From: an uncultured Candidatus Rokubacteria bacterium
GTDB taxonomy: Bacteria > Methylomirabilota > Methylomirabilia > Rokubacteriales > CSP1-6
Direction of reading: 5' to 3'
Assembly (NCBI GenBank): GCA_963771355.1
Contig: CAVYTA010000007.1
Location: forward strand, 480,001-544,000
DNA: 64,000 nucleotides
The stretch's first letter is position 1. Every line of letters begins with the position of its first letter. The notes under the pieces were generated by a model. The model ran no database searches, was not told where the DNA came from, and was given only the letters and a program-made list of their open reading frames with translations. The position numbers were made by a program, and so were the translations under genes. Below, piece by piece: positions 27,566-36,734 of the stretch.

Positions 27566-28715
27566 GCCGGCCATCGCGGACCCGCAGGTCGAGCGGCGCA
27601 TCGCGCGCTCCGAGGTGATCAGCAAGGTCGCGGGGGGCGTGGTTCACAACTTCAACAACATCCTCTCGGTGCTGCTCGGCCGCGTGGAGCTGATGCTGGG
27701 CCAGGTGGATGGCGGCCGGCTGGACCCCACCCAGCTCCGCAAGGGGCTCGTGTCGATCCAGAAGGCGGCGCTGGATGCCGCCGAGCTGCTGACGCGCCTG
27801 CGCGATCTCGCCCGGCCTCCCCAGGACGTGCCCTTCTCCACCTTCGACCTCAACGCCGCCGTGGCCGAGGCCATCGACTTCATCCAGCCTCACCTCATGA
27901 CGGTGGCGCAGGGTATGGGGATCACGGTACGGCTCACGCCGCGACTGGCGCCCCCGCCGGTGCTGGTGTCCGGGCAGTCCAGCGCCCTGCGCGAGGTGCT
28001 GGTGAACCTGATCCTCAACGCCATCGAGGCCATGCCCGAGGGCGGCGATGTGGGCATCGAGACGCGGCGCGACGGCCCGTGGGTGAAGCTCCAGGTGTCG
28101 GATACCGGGATCGGCATGACGGAGGAGGTCCGCGCCCAGGTCTTCAGGCCGTTCTTCACCACCAAGTCGGCCGGCTCCACCGGCCTGGGCCTTTCCTCGG
28201 CCAAGGACCTCATCACCGGACACGGGGGCACGATCTCGGTGGCGAGCACGCCGGGGCGGGGCTGCACGTTCACCATCGCGTTGCCGAGCGCGGAGAGCCG
28301 CCCGGGTCCCGTCGATGCCGCCGCGGAGCCGGCGCTGCCGCCGGGCCTCCGGGTGCTGGTGGTGGACGACCAGCGTGATTTTGGCGACATCCTGCGCGAG
28401 TTCCTCGGGGCCAAGGGCTGCTCGGTTGCCATCGTTCGAAGTGGCCGGGCCGCCCTCGAGGCCCTCGAGCGGCACCGGTTCGACCTCGTGCTCACCGATC
28501 TGCTGCTGCCCGAGGTGAGCGGCTGGGAGATCGCCCGCGTGGCCAAGCGCCGGTCGCTCGGCATCCGCGTCATCCTCATGTCCGGCAATATCGTGGCCGA
28601 GGATCTCTGGAGCGCGGCCAGCGTGGACGCGTGCCTCATGAAGCCCATCGACCTCAACAAGCTCCTCGGCGTGATGGCCGAGGTGCTCGTCGGGGTCCCG
28701 CGCCGCGACGCCTGA
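27558..28715 (+). CDS. Cytoplasmic hybrid histidine kinase (HisKA, HATPase, REC) with no sensor domain
   Basis: VHNFNNIL, NLILNAIEAM, FFTTK..STGLGL and a C-terminal REC. Overlaps the upstream gene by 8 nt. Confidence 0.88.
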   Translation: MPKPAIADPQVERRIARSEVISKVAGGVVHNFNNILSVLLGRVELMLGQVDGGRLDPTQLRKGLVSIQKAALDAAELLTRLRDLARPPQDVPFSTFDLNAAVAEAIDFIQPHLMTVAQGMGITVRLTPRLAPPPVLVSGQSSALREVLVNLILNAIEAMPEGGDVGIETRRDGPWVKLQVSDTGIGMTEEVRAQVFRPFFTTKSAGSTGLGLSSAKDLITGHGGTISVASTPGRGCTFTIALPSAESRPGPVDAAAEPALPPGLRVLVVDDQRDFGDILREFLGAKGCSVAIVRSGRAALEALERHRFDLVLTDLLLPEVSGWEIARVAKRRSLGIRVILMSGNIVAEDLWSAASVDACLMKPIDLNKLLGVMAEVLVGVPRRDA

Positions 28716-28758
28716 CCGCGGTCTCGCCCCGGACCGGGATCGAGTACACTTGGGCGTC

Positions 28759-29523
28759 ATGAACCTGGTGTCCTGGAACGTCAACGGGCTGCGCGCGGCG
28801 TGGAAGAAGGGCTTCGTGGATTTCCTCAGCGCCCGCGAGGCGGACGTGGTCAGCGTGCAGGAGACCAAGCTCCAGGCCGATCAGCTCACCGAGGAGATGC
28901 GCACGCCGGCCGGCTACCGCTCCTACTGGAGCTTCGCCGAGAAAAAGGGGTATAGCGGCGTCGTCACGTACTTGAAGGACGAGCCCGTGCACGTGGCCAC
29001 GGCGTCGTTCGGCACGCCCGCGCTGGACGTCGAGGGGCGAATCGTCCACACCGAGCTGCCGGAGTTCCACCTCCTCAACGTGTATTTTCCCAACGGGGGC
29101 ATGGGGCCGGAGCGCCTGGCCCACAAGCTCAAGTTCTACGACGACTTCCTCGGGCTCACCGAGGGCCTCCGGAAGGGCGGCAAGGGCGTGATCGTGTGCG
29201 GCGACGTCAACACCGCGCATACCGAGATCGACCTGGCCCGCCCGAAGGAAAACGAGAAGACGTCGGGCTTCTTGCCGGCCGAGCGCGAATGGGTGACCCG
29301 CTTCATCGATGCCGGCTTCACCGACACCTTCCGGCTCTTCACGAAAGAGTCCGGCCATTACACCTGGTGGGACATGAAGACGGGCGCGCGCGCCCGCAAC
29401 GTGGGCTGGCGAATCGACTACTTCCTGGTCTCCGAGGAGCTGCACGGGCGGGTGCGCGACGCCGGTATTCTTCCGGACGTCCAGGGCTCCGACCACTGCC
29501 CGATCACGCTGACCCTGGAGTAG
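28759..29523 (+). CDS. xth: Exodeoxyribonuclease III
   Basis: SWNVNGLRA, QETK, GYSGV, GDVNTAH, GWRIDY and GSDHCP. Confidence 0.95.
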   Translation: MNLVSWNVNGLRAAWKKGFVDFLSAREADVVSVQETKLQADQLTEEMRTPAGYRSYWSFAEKKGYSGVVTYLKDEPVHVATASFGTPALDVEGRIVHTELPEFHLLNVYFPNGGMGPERLAHKLKFYDDFLGLTEGLRKGGKGVIVCGDVNTAHTEIDLARPKENEKTSGFLPAEREWVTRFIDAGFTDTFRLFTKESGHYTWWDMKTGARARNVGWRIDYFLVSEELHGRVRDAGILPDVQGSDHCPITLTLE

Positions 29524-29674
29524 GGGACTCCGCGGACCTCTTTCATCGCGGCCTCCCGCGAGCTCTTCCGCGGCCTACGCGCCGGGGATCGCATCGCCTT
29601 CGGCCTTCATGCGACCCCCGACGCACTGCTGGTGGTGTTCCTCGAGCGAGTGTTTCCGCCCGCTCGACCCGCGA

Positions 29675-30289
29675 CTAGCGCGAGGCCGTGCGCTCCGCCC
29701 GCTCGAGGCCGGCGCCTTCGAGCTCCTTGTGGCGGAGCTTCTTCACGAGATCCTCGTACGAGGTCTTCGAGATGATCCGGTTGAACTGGCTCCGGTAGTT
29801 CCCCACGAAGCTGACGCCCTCGATGAGCACGTCGTAGATCGCCCAGCGCGAGCTCTGCTGATGGAGTCGGTAGCTCAACGCGATTTCCGAGGTGCGCCCA
29901 GTCAGGATCTTCGAGCGCACGGTGGCGAAGTCGCCATCCACCGTCTCCCCGAGATACACGATGTGCTCCCCGGAGTAGTGCTCGAGTCGGGACAGATAGG
30001 AGCGTTCCAGGAGGTCACGGAACAGCGCCACGAACTCCTCCCGCTCGCTCGGCGTGCGATCGCTCCAGTGCCGGGCGAGGGTGCGGCGGGCCATCTCCTC
30101 GAAGTCGAAGAGCCGCCCGGCCGCGCGGCGAATCTCGAGGCGGCGCTTCTCCGCGGCCGCCGGATGGGATGCATCGAAATCCTGCACCGCCTGCACCACC
30201 TGCTCGATGCCCGTCTTCACCACTTCGGTCGGGCTGGGCGTGGCGGCCGGCGCCATTGCTAGCAGTATCAAGGCCAGGGCCTTGTGCAT
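29675..30289 (-). CDS. mlaC: MlaC/Ttg2D family phospholipid-binding protein
   Basis: FDFEEMARRTLARHW and WAIYDVLIEGVSFVGNYRSQF. RBS GGAGG. Confidence 0.85.
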   Translation of the reverse strand: MHKALALILLAMAPAATPSPTEVVKTGIEQVVQAVQDFDASHPAAAEKRRLEIRRAAGRLFDFEEMARRTLARHWSDRTPSEREEFVALFRDLLERSYLSRLEHYSGEHIVYLGETVDGDFATVRSKILTGRTSEIALSYRLHQQSSRWAIYDVLIEGVSFVGNYRSQFNRIISKTSYEDLVKKLRHKELEGAGLERAERTASR

Positions 30290-30345
30290 TGATGTCCTCC
30301 CTGGTTCAGGGTCGGCGGCAGCAGCCCGCCGTCGGGTCCTGGTAG

Positions 30346-30361
30346 AGCATGGGTAGTGCCA
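30346..30361 (-). promoter_or_regulatory. sigma54 promoter for the mlaC-like gene
   Basis: Minus strand reads TGGCACTACCCATGCT, with IHF-like AGTCAGTCAGTTG (minus) at 30377-30389. Confidence 0.7.
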
Positions 30362-30422
30362 GATTGAGTCCTCCGGCAACTGACTGACTTTCCATGCCTT
30401 TCGGCGGCAAGCCAGCCGGGAG

Positions 30423-30464
30423 CCCGTCAGGGGCGGGACAGGCTCCCGTCAGAGAGCGGACAGG
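30423..30464. promoter_or_regulatory. Tandem CGTC-N8-GACA sites; putative enhancer for a sigma54 activator
   Basis: CCCGTCAGGGGCGGGACAGG and CCCGTCAGAGAGCGGACAGG, 22-bp period. Confidence 0.5.
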
Positions 30465-30498
30465 AGAGGCGGCGCGCGGGCGTGCTATGTTGCAGGGC

Positions 30499-31707
30499 AT
30501 GTCTCGGACCGCCGACATCACCGTCATCGGGGCCGGCATCGTCGGCCTGGCCACCGCGGTCCACCTCACCGAGCGGCATCCGCGCGCGCGCGTGGTGGTG
30601 CTCGACAAGGAAGCGCGCATCGCCACGCATCAGACGGGGCACAACTCGGGCGTCATCCACTCGGGCATCTACTACAAGCCGGGTTCCTACAAGGCGCGCC
30701 TGTGCGTCGAGGGCGCGCGGCTCATGACGGAGTTCTGCGACGCCCACGGCATCGGCTACGAGCGCTGCGGCAAGGTGATCGTGGCCACCGAGGAGGAGGA
30801 GATCCCCCGGCTCAACATGCTGCACGAGCGCGGCACCGCGAACGGCGTGCCCGGGCTCAAGCTCGTCTCCGGCGACGAGATACGGGAGTGGGAGCCGCAT
30901 GTCCGCGCGGTTCGCGGCATGCTCTCGCCCGCCACCGGCATCGTGGACTATATCCAGGTGGCGGCCAAGATGGGCGAGCTCATCACCCAGCGCGGGGCGG
31001 AAGTCGTGACGGGAGCGGGCGTCCGCGGCATCCGGCGGGACGGGGCCCTCCTCACGCTGGAGACGGACGCGGGCCCGGTGAGCACCCGTCACCTCATCAA
31101 CTGCGCGGGCCTGCACTCCGACCGCGTGGCGGCGCTGATGGGGATCCGGCCGGAGGTGCAGATCATCCCGTTCCGCGGCGAGTATTACATGCTCAAGCCC
31201 GAGCGCCGGTCCCTGGTGCGCGGGCTCATCTACCCGGTGCCCGATCCGCGCTTCCCCTTCCTCGGCGTCCACTTCACCCGCACCGTCCACGGCGACGTGG
31301 AGGCGGGTCCCAACGCAGTGCTGGCCCTGGCCCGCGAGGGCTACACCATGGGCACGGTGCGGCCCCTCGAGGCCCTGCGCACGTTCATGTACCGGGGGTT
31401 CTGGAACATGGGGCGGCGCTACTGGAAGATGGGCGCCTACGAGGTCTACCGTTCCCTCAGCAAGGCGGCCTTCGTGGCGTCGCTCCAGCGTCTGGTGCCG
31501 GACATCCAGGCCGCGGACATCGCGCCGGGCGGCGCAGGGGTGCGGGCGCAGGCGGTGAGCCCGGACGGCTCGCTGGTGGACGACTTCAAGATCAGCGTGA
31601 CGGAAGGCGCCATCCACGTGCTGAATGCGCCGTCGCCCGCCGCCACCGCCTCGCTGGCCATCGGCCGGCATATCGCGGGGCTGGCCGCGGAGAGCTTCAA
31701 GCTCTAG
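30499..31707 (+). CDS. lhgO: L-2-hydroxyglutarate oxidase
   Basis: GAGIVG, HQTGHNSGVIHSGIYY, PFRGEYY, YPVPDP, GVRAQA and NAPSPAATASL. Confidence 0.93.
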   Translation: MSRTADITVIGAGIVGLATAVHLTERHPRARVVVLDKEARIATHQTGHNSGVIHSGIYYKPGSYKARLCVEGARLMTEFCDAHGIGYERCGKVIVATEEEEIPRLNMLHERGTANGVPGLKLVSGDEIREWEPHVRAVRGMLSPATGIVDYIQVAAKMGELITQRGAEVVTGAGVRGIRRDGALLTLETDAGPVSTRHLINCAGLHSDRVAALMGIRPEVQIIPFRGEYYMLKPERRSLVRGLIYPVPDPRFPFLGVHFTRTVHGDVEAGPNAVLALAREGYTMGTVRPLEALRTFMYRGFWNMGRRYWKMGAYEVYRSLSKAAFVASLQRLVPDIQAADIAPGGAGVRAQAVSPDGSLVDDFKISVTEGAIHVLNAPSPAATASLAIGRHIAGLAAESFKL

Positions 31708-32141
31708 GCGCTGCCCTTCAGCCGGTCCTCGGCGGCCCGGGCGCGCTCCTCGGCCGCGCGGAGGCGCTCCTCGGCGGCGCGCGCGCGATCCTCCGCCTCC
31801 AGCATGCGCGTGGCGAGCTGCTTGATGATGGCGATGGCGAGCGCGGGATTCGAGCGCACGAGGTGCTCGAGCCGGTTGGAGGGGATGAGCAGCAGGGTGA
31901 CCGGCTCGGCCGCCACCGCGTTGGCCGAGCGAGGCGCGTTGCGGAACAGCGCGAGGTCGCCGAGCAGGTCGCCCTTGCCGAGCACACGCAGCACACGATC
32001 CTCGTCGCCGAAGTGGCGCCGGATCTCCACCTTGCCGTCCTGCACCATGAAGGCCTCGCCCTTGGCGTCGTCGCCCTCCCGGAAGATGAACTCTCCGGGC
32101 TTGAAGCTCTTGGTGGGCATTTCCCCGATCTGACGGCTCAT
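31704..32141 (-). CDS. Cyclic-nucleotide-binding domain protein with a C-terminal heptad coiled coil and no HTH
   Basis: IFREGD, GDLLGDLAL..PRSANAVA and AE(D/E)R(A/L)RA repeats. Alternative start at 32120. Confidence 0.82.
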   Translation of the reverse strand: MSRQIGEMPTKSFKPGEFIFREGDDAKGEAFMVQDGKVEIRRHFGDEDRVLRVLGKGDLLGDLALFRNAPRSANAVAAEPVTLLLIPSNRLEHLVRSNPALAIAIIKQLATRMLEAEDRARAAEERLRAAEERARAAEDRLKGSA

Positions 32142-32172
32142 GCCAGGCCCTCGGTAGTATAGAATTGGCGCA

Positions 32173-33807
32173 GTGTCCCTTATGGTACGCCGAATCGCCA
32201 TCGCCGTGACAGGCCTCGTCGGGCTCCTGACCGGCCTGGCCTCGCCCGCCGGAGCCCAGAAGCCCGTCACCGTCCAGGAGATCGTGCTGCGGGCCAAGCC
32301 CGGGGTGGTCCTCGTGGTCGCGGAGGTCGCGGCCGAGGTGACGCTCGACTGCGGCAGCGGCGTCCAGACGGTCACGCCCCCCGTGTTCCGCGAGACCGGC
32401 ACCGGTTGGTTCATCGACAGCCGCGGCTGGATCATCACCAATGGCCACGTCGTCCAGCCCGCGCATACGCCCCCGCGCTGGCTGGTCAATCAGCAGGCCC
32501 AGCGCGCGGTGTCTACCGCCTGCCTGCCCAAGGTTCTGGCCGCGCGGGGCATCAATCCGGGCGAGAAGCCCGAGCTCGAGGACGCGATCAAGCGGAAGCT
32601 CCTCGATACCGTCCTCCCAACGACCAAGGTGAAGCTCACCCCCTCGGTGGTCGTGGTGGTGTCGAGCGGGACCCGGCTCAAGGCGGAGGTGAAGAAGTAC
32701 AGCGCCCCCTTGAGCAATGAGCCCGGGGCCATGTCGGGACGCGACCTCGCCCTTCTCAAGGTCCCGGGGGAGGTCTTTCCCGTCCTGCCGCTGACCGACA
32801 GCAAGATGGTGCAGATCGGCGACCCCCTGCACATCCTGGGGTTCCCCGGCGTGGTGCTCTCGCACGAGCTGCTCAACAAGTCGGCCTCGGTGGAGGCCAC
32901 CATCACCAATGGCGCGGTGTCCGGCTTGAAGGAAGACGTATCCAATCAGCCGGTGATCCAGACGGACGCGTCCGCCTCCTTTGGCAATTCCGGCGGACCC
33001 GCGGTCAACCAGAAGGGGCAGGTCCTGGGCGTGCTCACCTTCGTCTCGCTCGCGCCGGGCCCCGAGGGCGCCCTCGTCCAGGGCTTCAACTTCGTCATCC
33101 CCGCCGACGCCGTCCGCGAGTTCCTCAAGGGCACCGAGGTCCGGCTCGACGGCACCAGCAAGTTCACGGAGGCGTGGAACCGGGGGCTCCGCGACTTCTT
33201 CTCCGAGGACGACCCGGCCGCGGTGCGGTCGTTCGAGCTGGCCGATCAGCTCGTCCCCGGTCTGCCGGACGTCAAGCGGCTGCTCGCCGAGGCGCGCGAC
33301 AACGTGAAGAACCCGCGGCCGCGCCCCTTCCCGTGGTTCTGGGTCGCCATCGGCGTCACCGTCCTGAGCGTCGCCGGCTTCGGCGCCCAGTTCCTCCTGC
33401 GCTGGCAGAAGAACCGCTACCGCGTGAGCCCATCCGACGTGATCAAGATGCAAGAGAGCGGCAAGGATCCGCAGATCCTCGACGTCAGGGAGGCGGCGGC
33501 CTACGATGCTCTTCCCCTCAAGATTCCGCGCTCGATCCGCCTCGCCCCGGAGGAGCTGGCCAGCGGGGTGAGCGGCCTCGAGCTGGATCTCACCCGGCCG
33601 GTGGTAGCCTACTGCACCGCGCTCCAGGAGGCCACGAGCGCTCGGGTCGCGAAGGATCTCCGCAAGCTGGGCTTCAAGGACGTCCTCGTCCTCAAGGGCG
33701 GGCTGGGCGCCTGGACCAATTCGGGGCTGCCCATCGAGACGCGCTCGGACATCTCGGCCGTCGGGCTGGAGCTCTACAAGGCCCTGGCGGGCGGCACCGC
33801 TTGCTAG
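32173..33807 (+). CDS. Trypsin-like serine protease with a TM helix and C-terminal rhodanese domain
   Basis: TNGHVV, RDLALL and GNSGGP triad; TM WFWVAIGV...; ILDVRE..AYC..LKGGLGAW. Confidence 0.88.
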   Translation: MSLMVRRIAIAVTGLVGLLTGLASPAGAQKPVTVQEIVLRAKPGVVLVVAEVAAEVTLDCGSGVQTVTPPVFRETGTGWFIDSRGWIITNGHVVQPAHTPPRWLVNQQAQRAVSTACLPKVLAARGINPGEKPELEDAIKRKLLDTVLPTTKVKLTPSVVVVVSSGTRLKAEVKKYSAPLSNEPGAMSGRDLALLKVPGEVFPVLPLTDSKMVQIGDPLHILGFPGVVLSHELLNKSASVEATITNGAVSGLKEDVSNQPVIQTDASASFGNSGGPAVNQKGQVLGVLTFVSLAPGPEGALVQGFNFVIPADAVREFLKGTEVRLDGTSKFTEAWNRGLRDFFSEDDPAAVRSFELADQLVPGLPDVKRLLAEARDNVKNPRPRPFPWFWVAIGVTVLSVAGFGAQFLLRWQKNRYRVSPSDVIKMQESGKDPQILDVREAAAYDALPLKIPRSIRLAPEELASGVSGLELDLTRPVVAYCTALQEATSARVAKDLRKLGFKDVLVLKGGLGAWTNSGLPIETRSDISAVGLELYKALAGGTAC

Positions 33808-35444
33808 AAGCCCAGCGCTCCGCCGTCCGCGCGCGGATCTGATCCGCCGCTGAAGCCGCCCTCCTCCCGCCAGATGCAGTGCGCGTGCCCGAAGAGATCG
33901 TCCCACTCCTCGCCCACCCGCACGTCGTGTCCGCGCGCGGCGAGCTCCCGCGCGAGCGCCCTCGGATAGCGGCCCTCTACGCTGAGCGCGCGGGTGGCCA
34001 CTCCCCAGGTGCGCCCGTAGAGCCAGCGCGGCGCCTCCACGCTGGACTGCGCGCCGAGCCCGCGGTAGAGGCGCCGGGTGAGCAGCGCGGCCACCGTCTG
34101 GGGCTGACCCTCGCCGCCCATGGTCCCGAGGGTGGCGCGCGGCCGGCCGCCCTCGAGATACATGGCCGGGGTGAGGGTGTGGAGCGTGCGCTTGCCGGGC
34201 GCGAGCGCGTTGACGTGGCGGGGATCGAGGGCGAAGAACGCGCCGCGGTTCTGGAGCAGGATGCCGGTGTCGCCCGCAATCAGCCCCGCACCGTAGGTGT
34301 AGTAGAGCGACTGGATCAGCGAGACCACGTTGCCGGCCGCGTCGGCGGTGACGATGGCGACGGTGTCGCCGCCCGTGGATGTCGCCGCCGCCTCGGGCGT
34401 CATCGTGCGGTCGAGCGCGATGCGGCCGCGGAGGCGGGCCAGCCGCGCCCGATCGAGCAGTGCCGCCGGCGTCACCGTCATGGCGGTGGGATCGGTGAGG
34501 TGCCGGTCGCGGTCGGCAAAGGCGAGCTTGGTCGCCTCCACCATCACGTGGACGTAGTCGGTTTCCGCGAGCGCGGCGAGGTCGAAACCCTCGACCAGCC
34601 CCAGCAGCGTGAGGAGCGACAGGCCCTGGGTGGGCGGGGGAAAGCTCGCCGCGATCCCGTCGCCATAGGGAATGGTCAGGGGCTCCATCCATTCCGAGCG
34701 ATGGGTGGCGAGGTCCTCGGGCGTCAGCGGGCTGCCCGCCGCCGCCGCGGCGGCCACCAGGCGCTGGCCGAGCGCGCCGCGATACAGGGCCTGGGCGCCC
34801 CCGTCGCGGATTTCCTCCAGCGAGCGCGCCAGGTCCGTCTGCACGAGCGGCCCGCGGGCGAGCGCGTCCGGATGATAGAGGGGCCAGAGCCCGCGTCGCA
34901 GCTCGGGGGTCGCGGCAGGGCCGAAGAGATCGGGCTCGCGCGGGGGCGGCCGCCGCTGGCCCTCGGAGGCGGAGAAGCCCTCGCGCGCGTAGACGACGGC
35001 GTCGGCGAGAAGGGCCTTCCAGGGGAGCGGCGAGCCCAGCCCTTCGGCGCTCAGCCGATGGGCCTGCCACCAGCCGTCCACCGCGCCCGGCACCGTGAGC
35101 GCGGCCAGGCCCCCCCGGGCGGGCAGGGCGCCGGTGATGCCGCGCGCGGCGTACCAGGCGATGGTGGCGGCGGCGGCGGCCCCGCCCGCGCCACAGAGCG
35201 CGCGCAGCCGCTGGGCACGTGCGTCCCAGATCAGCCAGAAATTGTCTCCCCCCACGCCGTTGGTGTGCGGATAGACGACGGCGATGGTGGCGGCGGCGGC
35301 GATGGCGGCGTCGAGCGCGGTGCCGCCCGCCCGCAGAGCCGCCACGCCTGACTGCGAGGCGAGCAGATGGGGGGAGGCCACCATGCCGCGCGGGGCGCGC
35401 GACTCGGGCCAGCGGGTGGGGGCGGGCGGAGCGAGGGCTGACAT
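33804..35444 (-). CDS. ggt: Gamma-glutamyltransferase family protein
   Basis: GGTALDAAIA, GGDNF, VPGAVDGW, GGDT (Thr nucleophile), LQNRG and GSDPRADG. Confidence 0.9.
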   Translation of the reverse strand: MSALAPPAPTRWPESRAPRGMVASPHLLASQSGVAALRAGGTALDAAIAAAATIAVVYPHTNGVGGDNFWLIWDARAQRLRALCGAGGAAAAATIAWYAARGITGALPARGGLAALTVPGAVDGWWQAHRLSAEGLGSPLPWKALLADAVVYAREGFSASEGQRRPPPREPDLFGPAATPELRRGLWPLYHPDALARGPLVQTDLARSLEEIRDGGAQALYRGALGQRLVAAAAAAGSPLTPEDLATHRSEWMEPLTIPYGDGIAASFPPPTQGLSLLTLLGLVEGFDLAALAETDYVHVMVEATKLAFADRDRHLTDPTAMTVTPAALLDRARLARLRGRIALDRTMTPEAAATSTGGDTVAIVTADAAGNVVSLIQSLYYTYGAGLIAGDTGILLQNRGAFFALDPRHVNALAPGKRTLHTLTPAMYLEGGRPRATLGTMGGEGQPQTVAALLTRRLYRGLGAQSSVEAPRWLYGRTWGVATRALSVEGRYPRALARELAARGHDVRVGEEWDDLFGHAHCIWREEGGFSGGSDPRADGGALGF

Positions 35445-35569
35445 GAGGGAACGAGCCGGGCTCCGATCTTAGCGGAGGCCGGCTCGGGGGGCTAGCGGGT
35501 CGACCTGACCCCTAGAGGACTGGCAGCCGGAACGCTAGGGGTGCACCGGCGCCGGCTGCGCCTGACGCG

Positions 35570-36517
35570 TCATTGCGGCAGCGTGGCCAGCCAGCCCGGC
35601 TGCATCCCGAGCTCACCGAGCGTCCTGATGACCCGCCGCGAGGTGCCCAGGTCACGCCAGGACACCGCCCCCGACAGTCGCATGGCGGCGAGCCTCGTGG
35701 GGCACCGCTGGAGCAGCTCGCGGGAGAAGCTGGCGCGCGGCGCGAACTGGTAGGCCTGACCCACCGCCCATCGCTCATGCTCGGTGCCGAGGAATCTCTC
35801 GAGGCGGACGAGGCGTTCGTGCAGCAAGGGCAAGTATTCGCGCCCGGTCTCGACGAGCGTCGACACCGTGCCTCCGAACACGAACGTGTTCCAGAGGGCG
35901 GAGCCGCCTTCGAACAGGGTCTTCGCCGTTGCCTCGTCCGGCTTCTCTATGAACCCGAGTACTCGATAGAGAGGGGTCTTCTCGGGATCTCCCGACGGCT
36001 CTCCCAGATCGATCCAGCCGTAGTCGGTCTCGGGCTCGCTCGGCTCCGCCCCGAGCAGCACGATCTGTGCCGGGCTTCGCTCGACGGCGTCGGCGACCTC
36101 GGCAACCCTGTCAATGAAGAGCGCGTCGTCGCTGACGAAGTGGTCGGACGGCATGACGATCATCGCTGCTTCCGGGTCGCGCGCCCGTATCCAGAGGGCG
36201 GCGAGGAGGATCGCCGCCGCGGTGCCTCTATCGCCCGGCTGCTGGAGCACGTGAAGCGCCGGCGACTCGTTTCTGAGCTCCGCCGCCAGGTAGCGGGTTT
36301 GCCCGGCCATCGTCATGACGACCGTTCTCTCCGGCGGAAAGCGCAGCCGTATCCTCGCGAGGGTCTGCCGCAGGAACGACGTGCCGCCGGTCAGAGCGGC
36401 GTACTGCTTGGGCCTGTCCTCACCGTAGATGTGTCGGGTCAGATCCCGAAGGCGGATGCCCGCGCCGCCGGCCAGGACCACGGCCCAAGTCTGCGAGAGT
36501 CCGCGCGAGAGAGTCAT
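35570..36517 (-). CDS. Mannose-1-phosphate guanylyltransferase-like sugar nucleotidyltransferase
   Basis: VLAGGAGIRL, PKQY, RGTA, PSDH, YGWI, FIEKP, WNT and WRDLG. Confidence 0.85.
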   Translation of the reverse strand: MTLSRGLSQTWAVVLAGGAGIRLRDLTRHIYGEDRPKQYAALTGGTSFLRQTLARIRLRFPPERTVVMTMAGQTRYLAAELRNESPALHVLQQPGDRGTAAAILLAALWIRARDPEAAMIVMPSDHFVSDDALFIDRVAEVADAVERSPAQIVLLGAEPSEPETDYGWIDLGEPSGDPEKTPLYRVLGFIEKPDEATAKTLFEGGSALWNTFVFGGTVSTLVETGREYLPLLHERLVRLERFLGTEHERWAVGQAYQFAPRASFSRELLQRCPTRLAAMRLSGAVSWRDLGTSRRVIRTLGELGMQPGWLATLPQ

Positions 36518-36535
36518 GGGACTGCTGGCGTGAGG

Positions 36536-36550
36536 GCAACCTTTGTGCCA
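36536..36550 (-). promoter_or_regulatory. sigma54 promoter for the nucleotidyltransferase
   Basis: Minus strand reads TGGCACAAAGGTTGC. Confidence 0.8.
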
Positions 36551-36734
36551 AGGGGGGGCGAGTCCTTTCTGGCTGGCTCCGCGCACGTTTTCTCACGCCC
36601 GGGGACCGCGCGCCGCGACGCGGGGGACGAAATTGCTCGGTAATAAGTGCCGGCGACCCCTCCTGGCCACTCTTCCTCACACCTCCCCGAAGGTGCAACG
36701 CCCTGAAAGTCCGAGGGGTGTGACGCCGAGGCCA

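Noticed and set aside
30427..35070. Very long ORFs on the minus strand (1547 aa here; also 7005-10193) and plus strand (51495-55013)
   Set aside because: Shadow frames of well-supported genes in high-GC DNA, rich in Arg/Gly/Ala/His with no recognisable motifs.
35521..35536. TGGCAGCCGGAACGCT sigma54-like motif
   Set aside because: Lacks TTGC and points antisense into the 3' end of a gene.
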